From an uncultured archaeon (GTDB taxonomy: Archaea; Thermoplasmatota; Penumbrarchaeia; JASLWR01): 64,000 nt of DNA. The stretch spans positions 64,001-128,000 of the forward strand of contig CAYFHS010000003.1 in the NCBI GenBank assembly GCA_964342815.1, given 5' to 3'. Shown here in pieces: positions 28,507-38,053 of the stretch. Position 1 is the first letter of the stretch. Every line of letters begins with the position of its first letter. Below the pieces are notes generated by a model. The model did not search any database, was not told where the DNA came from, and was given only the letters and a program-made list of their open reading frames with translations. A program made the position numbers and the translations under genes.

Positions 28507-31317
28507 TTGAGCATTAAACTATCCGGCAAGGAGAAGATCCTGCTGTGGCTTTTGAGGTTCGTCCCGAGGAAGGGAGATTACATTCAACCCCTGGAAGTAT
28601 CGCAAAAGGGAATCTCCAAGGGTCTAAACATTCTACAGACCAACGTTTCCAGAGAGCTGTCGTCACTGCGGAAGGAAGGATTAATAGATCGGGAATCGAC
28701 CCATTTCCGGGGGACAAAACGGAAAATGACCGCATACTACCTCAGGCCGGATGGCATGAATGTGACAGGGGAGATCACAAAAAAAGTGAACGAGTCAGTG
28801 GTTTCCTTTCGCCTTAAGGGAAAAATTGAGGAAATGCAGGTCTCGAGGATCAGATCGTTACTCAAGGAAAAAGGAGGGAGGCCGTCGGTTTTTGCTGTTG
28901 CAACATGTTTTGAAAATATGGAAACCGTCATTACCCTGCATGAAATGATGGAAAGAATATCCATCATTCAGCGACCCGTCGAACAGACGAGGGAAGTGAG
29001 GAAAGAACACCGCCGCCACCTGGATGGAATTATCGCCGAGGGCGAATTCATCGGTCGAAAGAATGTTACTGATAATATCAAGGAAATATTGGTTAAACCC
29101 GGTTTCCAGGCGATAGGGATCATGGGTGTCGCCGGAATGGGCAAGAGCGCCCTGGGCCGCGAGGTGATAAAATACGCAAAGGGCGATTTCAATATATTCT
29201 ATTATCGTTTTCGCAGGTGGGATCGTTTCGATTCGCTGGGAGTAGAGGTTCTGGGCTATCTTGGAAAAAAGGGTATGCCGGATGGAGACCGCTTGATCCG
29301 ATCGCTAATTGATTTCTGTTCCGGAAACAACTTATTGATGGTACTTGACGATGTACATTTAGTTAAAGATGACATGTATGATTTCCTCGATGATCTTGTC
29401 GTCTACTCGGACAGGCTTTGCGGAATGAAACTCATTTTACTGTCCAGGAAAAAAGGGCAGATGGAGAGATACACTTCCGCCAAACACGGAGGGAAGACCA
29501 CGGAGATAATACTGGAACCTTTTAAAGCTGCGGAGTGCAGTGAACTGGCCTCCCTCGTCGGTTACGGGGAACGAGGAATGGTGGACCGGGAGACCGCAGA
29601 AAAGATACGGGATGCCACCGGGGGTATCCCGCTTCTTGTGGAACTGCTCCACAGGGAGGAGATCGTGACGGGAAAGATCACCACCAAAGGTACTGGGATG
29701 ATAGAAAAAGAGATATTGAAGAACATGGAAGAAAAAAGTGCCGTAATATTGAAGATGTTCTCGCTCTGCACGCTTCCTGTTGAAAAAGACCTAATGAAGA
29801 ACAGCGAGATATACGTGTCTGAGTTGACGGAGCGGCTTCTTCTCGAGAGAACTACCGAAGGACTATATCAGGTGCACGACCATATCAGGGACGTGATCCG
29901 AAAGGAGTTGGGTTTCAGAGAAAGAAAGAAGCTTACCAAGAGCATAATAGAATACCTCAAGGATGTACTGAAAAGGAGTGCGGAGGGAGATTATCTCCCA
30001 ATCCCCATGAGAGAAGACCTTGAGTTATATTTTCTTGAGTACATTCACCATAACATAGAAATTGGCGAGATCGAAAAGGGTCTAAGAGCCATCAACGAAA
30101 TGCCTGATAGGATAACGGATAGTCCGTTCCAAGAGGTTCTCGGGGAATTTCTTCGCCGCATGGAATTAAAATTGGGCGGGAAAAACGCCGTGATCGAGCT
30201 ATTGCGTACCGAGATGGCTCTCGATAGGGACGATATAGAGGGAGCAAGAGAGCATTACAAAACAGCCAGGGAAGTGCATCAATCGGAGCAGAAGAAGAGA
30301 ATTGGGGGGGATAAAGGAATCTTCTTGACCGATGAAGATCTTCAGCAGGTAGCAGTGCGGATGGAGCTTATCGATAAAGGACCGGGTAAACTGAAATCAA
30401 TGTTGGAAAAGGCAGAACATGACGGCAGTCTTGCAGACAAGGTTCGTATCGGCATGGCCATCGCTTCAGAATTTGCTCGTGCAAATGAAAAACGGAAGGC
30501 CGAGAAATGGCTTATGAAGACCGCTGATACGATTGTCGAGCTTCCGGCTGAAAAGAGGGCGGGATTCCATTTCCAGGCAGGCGTCATATACAACAAGTTA
30601 AATGACATGGAGGAAGCAGAGCGCTCCACCAGGGAAGGATTGAAGACGGTATCGGCCGATGACAGCGGCATGCAGGGATCTCTAAACAAACTGCTGGGTC
30701 AGATCCATTTCCGCAAGGGAAACTACGGTAAGGGCGAGGAAAAGTTCAATCGTGCTAAGATGTTTTTCAGACGGACCGATTCGATTTTCCAGCAGGCCGA
30801 TTCTATGCTATGGGAAGTGAAATCCATACTCGCCCGCTCAGGGATTCTCACGAAAGCAATGACCATCTCCTTCCTTGATAGGGAGCGATCTTCCAGAAAG
30901 ACCCGAAGCGCAATTGACGACTGCATCACCCGGATCAGGGAGGCACTTCTGATACTGGGAGGCAGTACAAGGAAGACAGGAGCGCTGTCGAGGTTGCTGG
31001 GAAGGGAGATTTTCGATGAACGTAACGTGTCGCTCTGGCGGCAGCTCCTGGTTTTACGGGGTTCTCTCGAATGGCTCGGGGCTTACACCGAATTCGCTGC
31101 GGAAACAGCTGGCGACATCATCCTACTGGGGAAAAAAACCAGAAAAACGGATATAGTACTGGAAGGGTCGATAATAAAGGCCAGGATACTTTCGCAGATG
31201 AAACGAAAGAAGGAGGCCCGGAGCATACTAGAAGAACTTATGAGCAAGAAAACGATCCCGGACGGTCCCAAAAGAAACGCTTTGAGTTATACGCTGCGTC
31301 TCATTAAGAAAAAGTAA
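28507..31317 (+). CDS. STAND-like NTPase: winged helix + P-loop ATPase + TPR repeats
   Basis: SQKGISKGL...VSREL..L...GLI HTH, FIGR, GVAGMGKS Walker A, LMVLDDVH Walker B, GGIPLLV, helical repeats. Confidence 0.8.
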   Translation: MSIKLSGKEKILLWLLRFVPRKGDYIQPLEVSQKGISKGLNILQTNVSRELSSLRKEGLIDRESTHFRGTKRKMTAYYLRPDGMNVTGEITKKVNESVVSFRLKGKIEEMQVSRIRSLLKEKGGRPSVFAVATCFENMETVITLHEMMERISIIQRPVEQTREVRKEHRRHLDGIIAEGEFIGRKNVTDNIKEILVKPGFQAIGIMGVAGMGKSALGREVIKYAKGDFNIFYYRFRRWDRFDSLGVEVLGYLGKKGMPDGDRLIRSLIDFCSGNNLLMVLDDVHLVKDDMYDFLDDLVVYSDRLCGMKLILLSRKKGQMERYTSAKHGGKTTEIILEPFKAAECSELASLVGYGERGMVDRETAEKIRDATGGIPLLVELLHREEIVTGKITTKGTGMIEKEILKNMEEKSAVILKMFSLCTLPVEKDLMKNSEIYVSELTERLLLERTTEGLYQVHDHIRDVIRKELGFRERKKLTKSIIEYLKDVLKRSAEGDYLPIPMREDLELYFLEYIHHNIEIGEIEKGLRAINEMPDRITDSPFQEVLGEFLRRMELKLGGKNAVIELLRTEMALDRDDIEGAREHYKTAREVHQSEQKKRIGGDKGIFLTDEDLQQVAVRMELIDKGPGKLKSMLEKAEHDGSLADKVRIGMAIASEFARANEKRKAEKWLMKTADTIVELPAEKRAGFHFQAGVIYNKLNDMEEAERSTREGLKTVSADDSGMQGSLNKLLGQIHFRKGNYGKGEEKFNRAKMFFRRTDSIFQQADSMLWEVKSILARSGILTKAMTISFLDRERSSRKTRSAIDDCITRIREALLILGGSTRKTGALSRLLGREIFDERNVSLWRQLLVLRGSLEWLGAYTEFAAETAGDIILLGKKTRKTDIVLEGSIIKARILSQMKRKKEARSILEELMSKKTIPDGPKRNALSYTLRLIKKK

Positions 31318-31397
31318 TAACAGGCCAATTATCCAGTAGAATCGCCCAAGTCAATGGGAAGGGGAACTTAAAATAAAATAAAGGGAATTACCACCGC

Positions 31398-32345
31398 ATG
31401 GGCCAGCGAGTCTTTTTAATCTACGGGGCGGGAGCCATGGGAAGTCTCATAGGGGGATTGCTGTCCAAATTCTATACCACATATCTCGTTGCCCGAAAAC
31501 GACATGTCGAAATGATCTCGCAAAAGGGATTGTTGATAGAAGGATTGACCACGGGAACGTTTCAGCCCAAAGCCGTAACCGACCTTAACGCTCTGGGAGA
31601 ACTTCTCGCCGAGGACGAGCAGAAGATCACCCATTGTCTCGTTTTTACAAAATCATATGATACCAGAGAAGCCCTTGTAGAGATATCGCAGCGGAGTGAC
31701 ATAATCGGAAAGGATGTGGTTCTGATATCACTTCAGAACGGTATGGACAACGAGAAGATATTTCAAGAGATAATGCCATCCAATCCCATCATAGGCGGTT
31801 ACACCTGTCACGGCGTCATCCACGACCTCCCCGGTCATATCGTTCACTCTGGGGAAGGTTTCACGGTGATTGGCTCATTTGCGAATATTTCCGACGATCA
31901 GGTGGCTGAGTTCGGCAATTGCCTGGAAACCATAGGGATCACACCCACCAATAAGGAAGACATACGTAATTGGATATTTAAAAAAGTGATAACGAATGCC
32001 GCCATCAACCCGCTGACCGCGATCCTGGACATACCGAATGGAGAACTCCTCGAATATTCAGAAACGCAGGAATTGATGAAACAGGTGGTGGCCGAAGGGG
32101 TGGAGATTGCAAAGGAAATGAATATGGACATCTGTGCGCTCACCGTTCTGGAGATGGTGAAGGACGTTGCCAGCAGAACACGGGAAAATATATCGAGCAT
32201 GCTCCAGGATATCAGGAAGGGGAACCGTACCGAGATCGATTGCATCAACGACTCTATAGTGAGGTTGGCAAGGGAGTATGGGCGGGAAGCCCCTGTGAAC
32301 GAGACCCTGACGAGGCTGGTGAAGGTGAAGCAGGGTCGGAGTTGA
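31398..32345 (+). CDS. panE: 2-dehydropantoate 2-reductase
   Basis: IYGAGAMGSLIG, FTKSYDT, SLQNGM, K..TNAAINPLTA, SSMLQDI..G.RTEID.IN. Confidence 0.95.
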   Translation: MGQRVFLIYGAGAMGSLIGGLLSKFYTTYLVARKRHVEMISQKGLLIEGLTTGTFQPKAVTDLNALGELLAEDEQKITHCLVFTKSYDTREALVEISQRSDIIGKDVVLISLQNGMDNEKIFQEIMPSNPIIGGYTCHGVIHDLPGHIVHSGEGFTVIGSFANISDDQVAEFGNCLETIGITPTNKEDIRNWIFKKVITNAAINPLTAILDIPNGELLEYSETQELMKQVVAEGVEIAKEMNMDICALTVLEMVKDVASRTRENISSMLQDIRKGNRTEIDCINDSIVRLAREYGREAPVNETLTRLVKVKQGRS

Positions 32346-32370
32346 ATTTTTTACATCAATAGCGTTTTCC

Positions 32371-32856
32371 CTATAAAAAATCAGAGAATCTAATTAGATT
32401 CGATGAAATCCGTTCATCATCACCAATGGATATTATTGCAGAGTAAGAAAGGCTTATTCTTTCCTTGATTGCAAGTCCCGCCTTTATTATTCGGTCACTG
32501 CACTCGTTAACAAAACCTTTGACTAGAGAAAATAATGTCCATTTGTCTTCTGGAGCACGCCAGTATTTAATAACTCCGATTGCTGCCAGAGATTTCAGCA
32601 CCCTTACAGTGCGTCGATTTCCCCAATGGAATCTCGAAGACATATGGTCAATTACTAGTTGTTGCTGGTTTGCATAACCGTCGAAATGAAAAATCAATCG
32701 ATGAAGCAATAATTTTAATTCGGCCCTAGGTATTTTTTCATTATATTTTCTTTCGATAACCTTTACTTGTCTTCGGTATTCCATTTGTTTCTGTTTTTTC
32801 CTAATTTTTTTCATGGTATCAATCCCGTTTGTTTTTTTGATCTGTTTCAAGGACAA
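32371..32856 (-). CDS. Hypothetical basic protein, possible winged-helix DNA-binding protein
   Basis: 161-aa ORF; segment WGNRRTVRVLKSLAAIGVIKY resembles a wHTH recognition helix and wing. Confidence 0.5.
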   Translation of the reverse strand: MSLKQIKKTNGIDTMKKIRKKQKQMEYRRQVKVIERKYNEKIPRAELKLLLHRLIFHFDGYANQQQLVIDHMSSRFHWGNRRTVRVLKSLAAIGVIKYWRAPEDKWTLFSLVKGFVNECSDRIIKAGLAIKERISLSYSAIISIGDDERISSNLIRFSDFL

Positions 32857-32875
32857 CGGAAATCCCTTGACTGAT

Positions 32876-33070
32876 GGACAAATGTCCCGGGTAGATATAT
32901 AGGTTTATCGGAGGGAGGGGGGTGAGTGAAAGTAAAATAATTTTGGTACTGGCAGTGGAATATGATGAGTGAAAGTAAAGTCGGATTTAAGTAGTCTCGA
33001 AAAATTGAAATAAGCGAACATTTGTTGCCACTTTAACTAACATTTGTCAGGGTACATTACGGACATTTGT
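32876..33070. promoter_or_regulatory. Phased ACATTTGT direct repeats plus an inverted copy (operator or iteron-like)
   Basis: ACATTTGT at 33018, 33040 and 33063 (22-23 bp period); ACAAATGT at 32878 inside GGACA-AA-TGTCC; GAGTGAAAGTAAA occurs twice in between. Confidence 0.5.
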
Positions 33071-33310
33071 CGAATTTAGGTAGAGACATATGAGCTAAAT
33101 AGACATACAGGAATTAATTTCGATCCAGAAATCTAATTGTGGTAATAAACAGAATAACCACACTAATACTTAGGCAAAAGTTCGGAGACACCCTTATCAA
33201 TACAAGAGAATTATAACTATATAATAATCCATTTTACAAACCTAGTTTTCATCACAGGACACGTTCCAGTTGTTTAAATTATTTATATCATCACGGACGT
33301 ATAACGCTCC

Positions 33311-34609
33311 ATGAGCAAAAAGAGGGTGAAACTGAATCTCGGCTGTGGCATAGTCTACAGGCCAGGATACATCAACGTGGATAAGTTCGATAAAAGGGTG
33401 GCCGATGAATTCGGGGATGCGATCTCGCTTCCTTATAAATCATCCATTGCAGATCTTATCGAGGCTATTCACTTACTCGAACATTTCGATCACATTCATT
33501 CTATTTATGCATTAAGCGAATGGCTCAGGGTACTTCGCCCAGGGGGAAAATTGATAATTGAAACCCCTGATCTGGAACTTTCGGTAAAAAAGATCAAGGC
33601 CAATGACAGTTCCGGGCAAGACTCCACTTTAAGGTGGATATTTGGTACAGGTAGCTCCGGAATGAGTCATGGAACAGGATTTTCTTATAAATCATTGAAA
33701 ACCACTCTTGAGGAGATCGGTTTTACCGGTGTTACCAGGAAAGAACAAAACACGCACAAATATGAACCGGGGATGCGTATGGAATGCATTAAACCGACGA
33801 AAAAGGACAACGAGTACATTTTTTCAATGTTCCGAGCAAGGATACTGAAAGGTGAGTCTGATTACGATTCGGAGATGCTGGATTCTCTGGAGGAACACTG
33901 CCTTCATGAGATAAGAAAATCTTTCATCGAAAAAGGTAATGGAACACTTGCGGTGGCGGTTGCGAAATTGGCCGTATGCATCCCGGAAATTTCACGGGTA
34001 TTTCTTGATACCTGTCATAAGTTTGAGCTAATTGAGAATGAAGGTTGTGCCCGGATTAGGAACTTACTAAATTATCTGATCGAGATCGATTTTCACAAGA
34101 AATTACTTCCATTATGGGAAAAGGCAAAAAAGAAATTGGGTAATGCTGACAAAGATTTTCGTCAATTTCTCAGGCGAATAGAGGACCTTATAGCGAAATT
34201 GGCTAGGGAAAAAATCAGTTACAGAGAAAGACTTTCTTATATATCTAATCTCAAAGCATCCGACATTCCCATGTTCAATTTCTATTACGTTCAACTGGAG
34301 GCAAGGATACTATTCAACAAAGGCGTGAAATGCTTCGACCAAAAAAAATACTCAGAAGCGACGGTACTATTCGAAAGGTCCGCGAAAATCAATCCTGAAA
34401 ATTTCTTATTGTACTGGAACCTGGCAAGATTGGGTGCGATCATGTCGAAAAAGGACTTCTGTATTTCTGATAATTACAACAAAGCTTCTCTGTTGATTTC
34501 AGATAATAAGATTAGAAAAATATTGGAGGACGAGAAGAAATCCTTCGAGAACCATGGGGGGAAAAGCGTACCGCGTGGGCCACAATCGGAATTTTCGGTT
34601 CAAGTTTAA
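33311..34609 (+). CDS. Class I SAM-dependent methyltransferase with C-terminal TPR-like region
   Basis: KLNLGCG, HLLEHF, EWLRVLRPGG.L.IETPD; C-terminal LFNKG...A..LFERSAKINP.N TPR. Confidence 0.8.
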   Translation: MSKKRVKLNLGCGIVYRPGYINVDKFDKRVADEFGDAISLPYKSSIADLIEAIHLLEHFDHIHSIYALSEWLRVLRPGGKLIIETPDLELSVKKIKANDSSGQDSTLRWIFGTGSSGMSHGTGFSYKSLKTTLEEIGFTGVTRKEQNTHKYEPGMRMECIKPTKKDNEYIFSMFRARILKGESDYDSEMLDSLEEHCLHEIRKSFIEKGNGTLAVAVAKLAVCIPEISRVFLDTCHKFELIENEGCARIRNLLNYLIEIDFHKKLLPLWEKAKKKLGNADKDFRQFLRRIEDLIAKLAREKISYRERLSYISNLKASDIPMFNFYYVQLEARILFNKGVKCFDQKKYSEATVLFERSAKINPENFLLYWNLARLGAIMSKKDFCISDNYNKASLLISDNKIRKILEDEKKSFENHGGKSVPRGPQSEFSVQV

Positions 34610-34713
34610 CGAGATTTAGAACTCTCAAATATGGAGTAAAATTTGATGTTCATACCAAAAAGGATATAAACATGTAAGGAGATTGGATTTATACTACGGG
34701 AGGTGTCCCGGTT

Positions 34714-35190
34714 ATGATAAAAAACAGATTGAGCGATATCGGTGGGAAATTGAACGTCAGCTTGGAGGATATAAGGGGCATGAAGGGCGAACGTCGTAAA
34801 AAGAAATATTTATATCCGTTTCTTCTCGCGGTAGTTGGGGGAATTGCAGCTCTAATGGGCTGTTTGAAAAGTGGAAACGGCGGTGGTGGGGGCGGTAATG
34901 GAACGGTGGTGAATGAAACCATAAATACTGAAAATAATTCCGGGACTTATCCGTACATGATCCCGTCATTCATCGGTATTATGGGGGTGGGAATGGTTTT
35001 CAGGGCCAATAAATACCGGAAAAAGCAGTTGATACTCGTTTTATCGGCAGTAGCGATACTGATTATCGGTATTTTACTGCTCTTTAATGGATCCGATTTG
35101 GTTGAAGCCGCAGAAAATCTTGTCAGGAACGGTAATGAAACCGGGAACTTCAGCGAGGCAGTGGATTACGGAGTTTATTCTAGGAAGTAA
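34714..35190 (+). CDS. Array member A: small 3-TM membrane protein with YPY and C-terminal YGVYS motif
   Basis: GGAGGTG SD; N-terminal L.DIGGKL.VS.EDI; GTYPYMIP; ends DYGVYSRK. Confidence 0.85.
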   Translation: MIKNRLSDIGGKLNVSLEDIRGMKGERRKKKYLYPFLLAVVGGIAALMGCLKSGNGGGGGGNGTVVNETINTENNSGTYPYMIPSFIGIMGVGMVFRANKYRKKQLILVLSAVAILIIGILLLFNGSDLVEAAENLVRNGNETGNFSEAVDYGVYSRK

Positions 35191-35195
35191 AATAA

Positions 35196-35588
35196 ATGGA
35201 TAATGGAAAGCTGAATGAGATTGGGATGAAACTTGAAGTCTCGGAAGAAGACATAATACAATTAAAAAGAAGATACCTACTGATAAAGATATTATGCCCA
35301 ATTATCGGTTTATTAATTTCAATGTTTATTCCAATGACGATAGATTCAGTGACATCCACATATAATCACCAGAATAATTCTTCGTACCCTTACGCAATTC
35401 CGTTTTTGCTTTTTGTGGGAACCGGAAGTTTGGAATCACCCGATAAAATAAAACGAAGGGGTAAAATTATAATTCTTATTACTGCAATCATTACTTTATT
35501 TCTTTCGATAATGATATGGAAGGAGGGTTCCTTTCGAGTATCATCATTGTATGGTGTTTTTTCAAGTAAAAAATTGAAGATCAGATGA
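35196..35588 (+). CDS. Array member B: small membrane protein with YPY and YGVFS motif
   Basis: KLNEIGMKLEVSEEDI; SSYPYAIP; LYGVFSS. Confidence 0.85.
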   Translation: MDNGKLNEIGMKLEVSEEDIIQLKRRYLLIKILCPIIGLLISMFIPMTIDSVTSTYNHQNNSSYPYAIPFLLFVGTGSLESPDKIKRRGKIIILITAIITLFLSIMIWKEGSFRVSSLYGVFSSKKLKIR

Positions 35589-35638
35589 TAAAAGCAACAG
35601 AGAGATATGAGTTATGCATTCAAAGGAACGGTAGGTTC

Positions 35639-36097
35639 ATGGACAAAGGAAAACTGAATGAGATCGGCGGGAAATTGGATGTCAGAATTGAGGATATACG
35701 GGGGATGAAGGATGAGCGTCGTAAAAAAAAATATCTCTATCCGTTCCTTCTTGCTGTGGTGGGAGGTATTGCAGCACTTATGGGTTGTTTGAAGAGTGGA
35801 AACGGCAGTGGAAATGAAGCTTCGGCGAATAATACTACCGGGACTTATCCATACATAATCCCGTCCTTCATTGGTATAATGGGTGTGGGAATGGTCTTTC
35901 GGATCAATAAAAACCGAAAAAAGCATTTGATACTCGTTTTATCGGCAGTGGCGATGTTAATTACCGGTATTTTTCTGCTCTTTAAAGGATCCGGTTTGGT
36001 GGAGGCAGCAGAAGATGTTGTCAGAAACGGAAATGATTCCGGGAATTTCAATGGTTCGATAATTTACGCAGCATATTCATTGGAGCAAAATACATGA
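35639..36097 (+). CDS. Array member C: near-duplicate of member A, tail YAAYS
   Basis: MDKGKLNEIGGKLDVRIEDI (start set to ATG 35639); shares KKKYLYPFLLAVVGGIAALMGCLKSGNG with A; GTYPYIIP; IYAAYSLE. Confidence 0.85.
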   Translation: MDKGKLNEIGGKLDVRIEDIRGMKDERRKKKYLYPFLLAVVGGIAALMGCLKSGNGSGNEASANNTTGTYPYIIPSFIGIMGVGMVFRINKNRKKHLILVLSAVAMLITGIFLLFKGSGLVEAAEDVVRNGNDSGNFNGSIIYAAYSLEQNT

Positions 36098-36513
36098 ACG
36101 AAGATAAGCTAAATGAGATATGCAAGAAATTGGATTTGCCCCAAGAGGACCTATCGAAAATAAAACGGCAATACCTTACTGTAAAAATTGTATCGCCCTT
36201 TATTGGAATTTTCATCACAGCGCTCGCCACTCTCGGGGGATATTTAATGGGGAAAAATGCCCACACGAAGCTCGTCAATAGAGAGACCGGCTCTGTATAT
36301 CCCTATGTAGTACCATCTTTGTTTTTACTGGGCAGTACCTTTAATACCTCAAAAAAATCCATCATCAGAAAACGGAACTTGATTCTCATTTTCGCTGCCG
36401 TTTTGACGACCATTCTATCAGTTATCGCGTATACCGTTGCATTTGATGCGGGACAACCCGTGGAATATTACAGCGGTTCCATAATGTATGGTGTGTATTC
36501 AAGAGAACAGTAG
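36094..36513 (+). CDS. Array member D: small membrane protein with YPY and YGVYS motif
   Basis: MNEDKLNEICKKLDL; VNRETGSVYPYVVP; EYYSGSIMYGVYSREQ; ATGA overlap with C. Confidence 0.85.
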   Translation: MNEDKLNEICKKLDLPQEDLSKIKRQYLTVKIVSPFIGIFITALATLGGYLMGKNAHTKLVNRETGSVYPYVVPSLFLLGSTFNTSKKSIIRKRNLILIFAAVLTTILSVIAYTVAFDAGQPVEYYSGSIMYGVYSREQ

Positions 36514-36640
36514 GGTCACGAACGAGGAAATGTGGGCAAAGATAGGCAAGAAAAATTTGTACTATGAGAAGACTTATTGAAACGTAATATTGAAAAAAAT
36601 TTAAACACCTTTAAAATAATACAAAAACATAGGATAAACG

Positions 36641-38038
36641 ATGAAAAAACGTGTAACGGTTGTCGTTCTCGGTCACGTGGATCACGGTAAGTCAACCCTA
36701 GTGGGACGCTTTCTGTTCGAAAAAGGCGCGGTCCCCCCCGAAGAGATCGAGCGCTACGCCGTCCTGGGGGCCAAGACGGGAAAGACCAGCTTCAAGTATG
36801 CCTGGGTCATGGACCGAGGCGACGAGGCACGAAGGCGAGGGCTCACTCTGGACCTCAATTTCGCCGACGTGGAGACACGAAAAAGAGAAATACATATCAT
36901 CGACGCACCGGGTCACAAGAGCTTCTTGAAAAGCATGATAACCGGTACCACCGGCGCCGACGCCGCACTCCTGGTGGTGGATTCCCAGGAAGGCATAATG
37001 CCCCAGACCAGGGAACATGCCCAGCTCGCAAAGCTCATGGGTATCCATCACTGCGTTGTAGTCCTCAACAAGATTGACAAGGTGGGTTACAACCCAGAGG
37101 CGATAGGACGCTCCGCCTCCGAACTTAGAGATATGCTGATAGACCTGGGAATTCCAAAAGTTGACGTAATCCCGGTTTCGGCATGGGAGGGCCAAAACCT
37201 CACTTTGCGCGGGGACGCCATGTCCTGGTACAACGGCCGAACGCTAGAAGAGGTGCTGGACAACCTGGAACAGAAGGGAACACCTGCGGGGGGTCCGTTC
37301 CGGATGCCGGTCATGCAGGTGATGAAGATAGGGGGTGTTGGGATCGTGGCGCTGGGGCGGGTGGAGAGCGGGGAGATATCGAAAGGCGACGAGGTGATCG
37401 TAGCCCCAGGAAATAAGATAGGAGTGGCAAAGTCCATAGAGGCCTACGGAAAGAAAATACAGAAGGCCGTGGCCGGTGAGACCGTAGGAATTGCACTTCG
37501 AAACATCGGTCGTTCGGATATTAGCAGGGGGGACGTGCTGGGGCCCGTGGACGATCCGCCGCGCCCCGTTGAGGAGTTCACGGTAAAGATGGTCCTTTTC
37601 GGCGATGCGGGCGTGGTGAAGGTGGGCTGGTCGCCCTATATTCACTGCCATACCGCAGCAGTACCAGTGAAGATCGTTGCCATAGAAATGAAGTACCGGC
37701 CCGACAGCGGCGAGGCCGAGGGAGAGGCGGATGCGGGATTCCTGGTAAAGGGTGACGCGGCGCTGGTTCGTTTCAGGCCGTTGAAGCCGCTGATCATAGA
37801 ATCGGGTGAGAAGTTGCCGGACATGGCACGCTTTGCCCTCAGGGCCGGTAAAACAACCCTTGGTGCCGGGTCCTGCGTCTCCAAACGCGCAGCGGAGGGG
37901 CAGGGGGTGGCAAGGGGCGAACCGAAAAAGAAGGGTTTCTCCTACAAATGGCAAAAAGTAGGAAAGGCAGCGCGTGACCAGAAGCGGCGAAAGAATAAAG
38001 AGAACCTCGACATCTGGGGCAGGCCTATCAGAAAGTAG
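36641..38038 (+). CDS. Divergent elongation factor 1-alpha paralog (translational GTPase) with basic C-terminal extension
   Basis: GHVDHGKSTLVG, RGLTLD, DAPGH, MITG...AD, NKID, SAWEG, GRVESG, HCHTAAV, RFALR, plus a K/R-rich tail of about 50 aa. Confidence 0.88.
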   Translation: MKKRVTVVVLGHVDHGKSTLVGRFLFEKGAVPPEEIERYAVLGAKTGKTSFKYAWVMDRGDEARRRGLTLDLNFADVETRKREIHIIDAPGHKSFLKSMITGTTGADAALLVVDSQEGIMPQTREHAQLAKLMGIHHCVVVLNKIDKVGYNPEAIGRSASELRDMLIDLGIPKVDVIPVSAWEGQNLTLRGDAMSWYNGRTLEEVLDNLEQKGTPAGGPFRMPVMQVMKIGGVGIVALGRVESGEISKGDEVIVAPGNKIGVAKSIEAYGKKIQKAVAGETVGIALRNIGRSDISRGDVLGPVDDPPRPVEEFTVKMVLFGDAGVVKVGWSPYIHCHTAAVPVKIVAIEMKYRPDSGEAEGEADAGFLVKGDAALVRFRPLKPLIIESGEKLPDMARFALRAGKTTLGAGSCVSKRAAEGQGVARGEPKKKGFSYKWQKVGKAARDQKRRKNKENLDIWGRPIRK

Positions 38039-38053
38039 AAGAGGTCATAGATC

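Noticed and set aside
37244-37954. 236-aa antisense ORF inside the EF-1alpha paralog
   Set aside because: GC-rich shadow frame with no independent evidence.
36641-38038. Calling the GTPase tuf, CysN or SelB
   Set aside because: It lacks ribosomal-operon context and diverges at canonical positions. There is no adjacent cysD, no SelB C-terminal domain and no Sec machinery, so it is left as an unnamed paralog.
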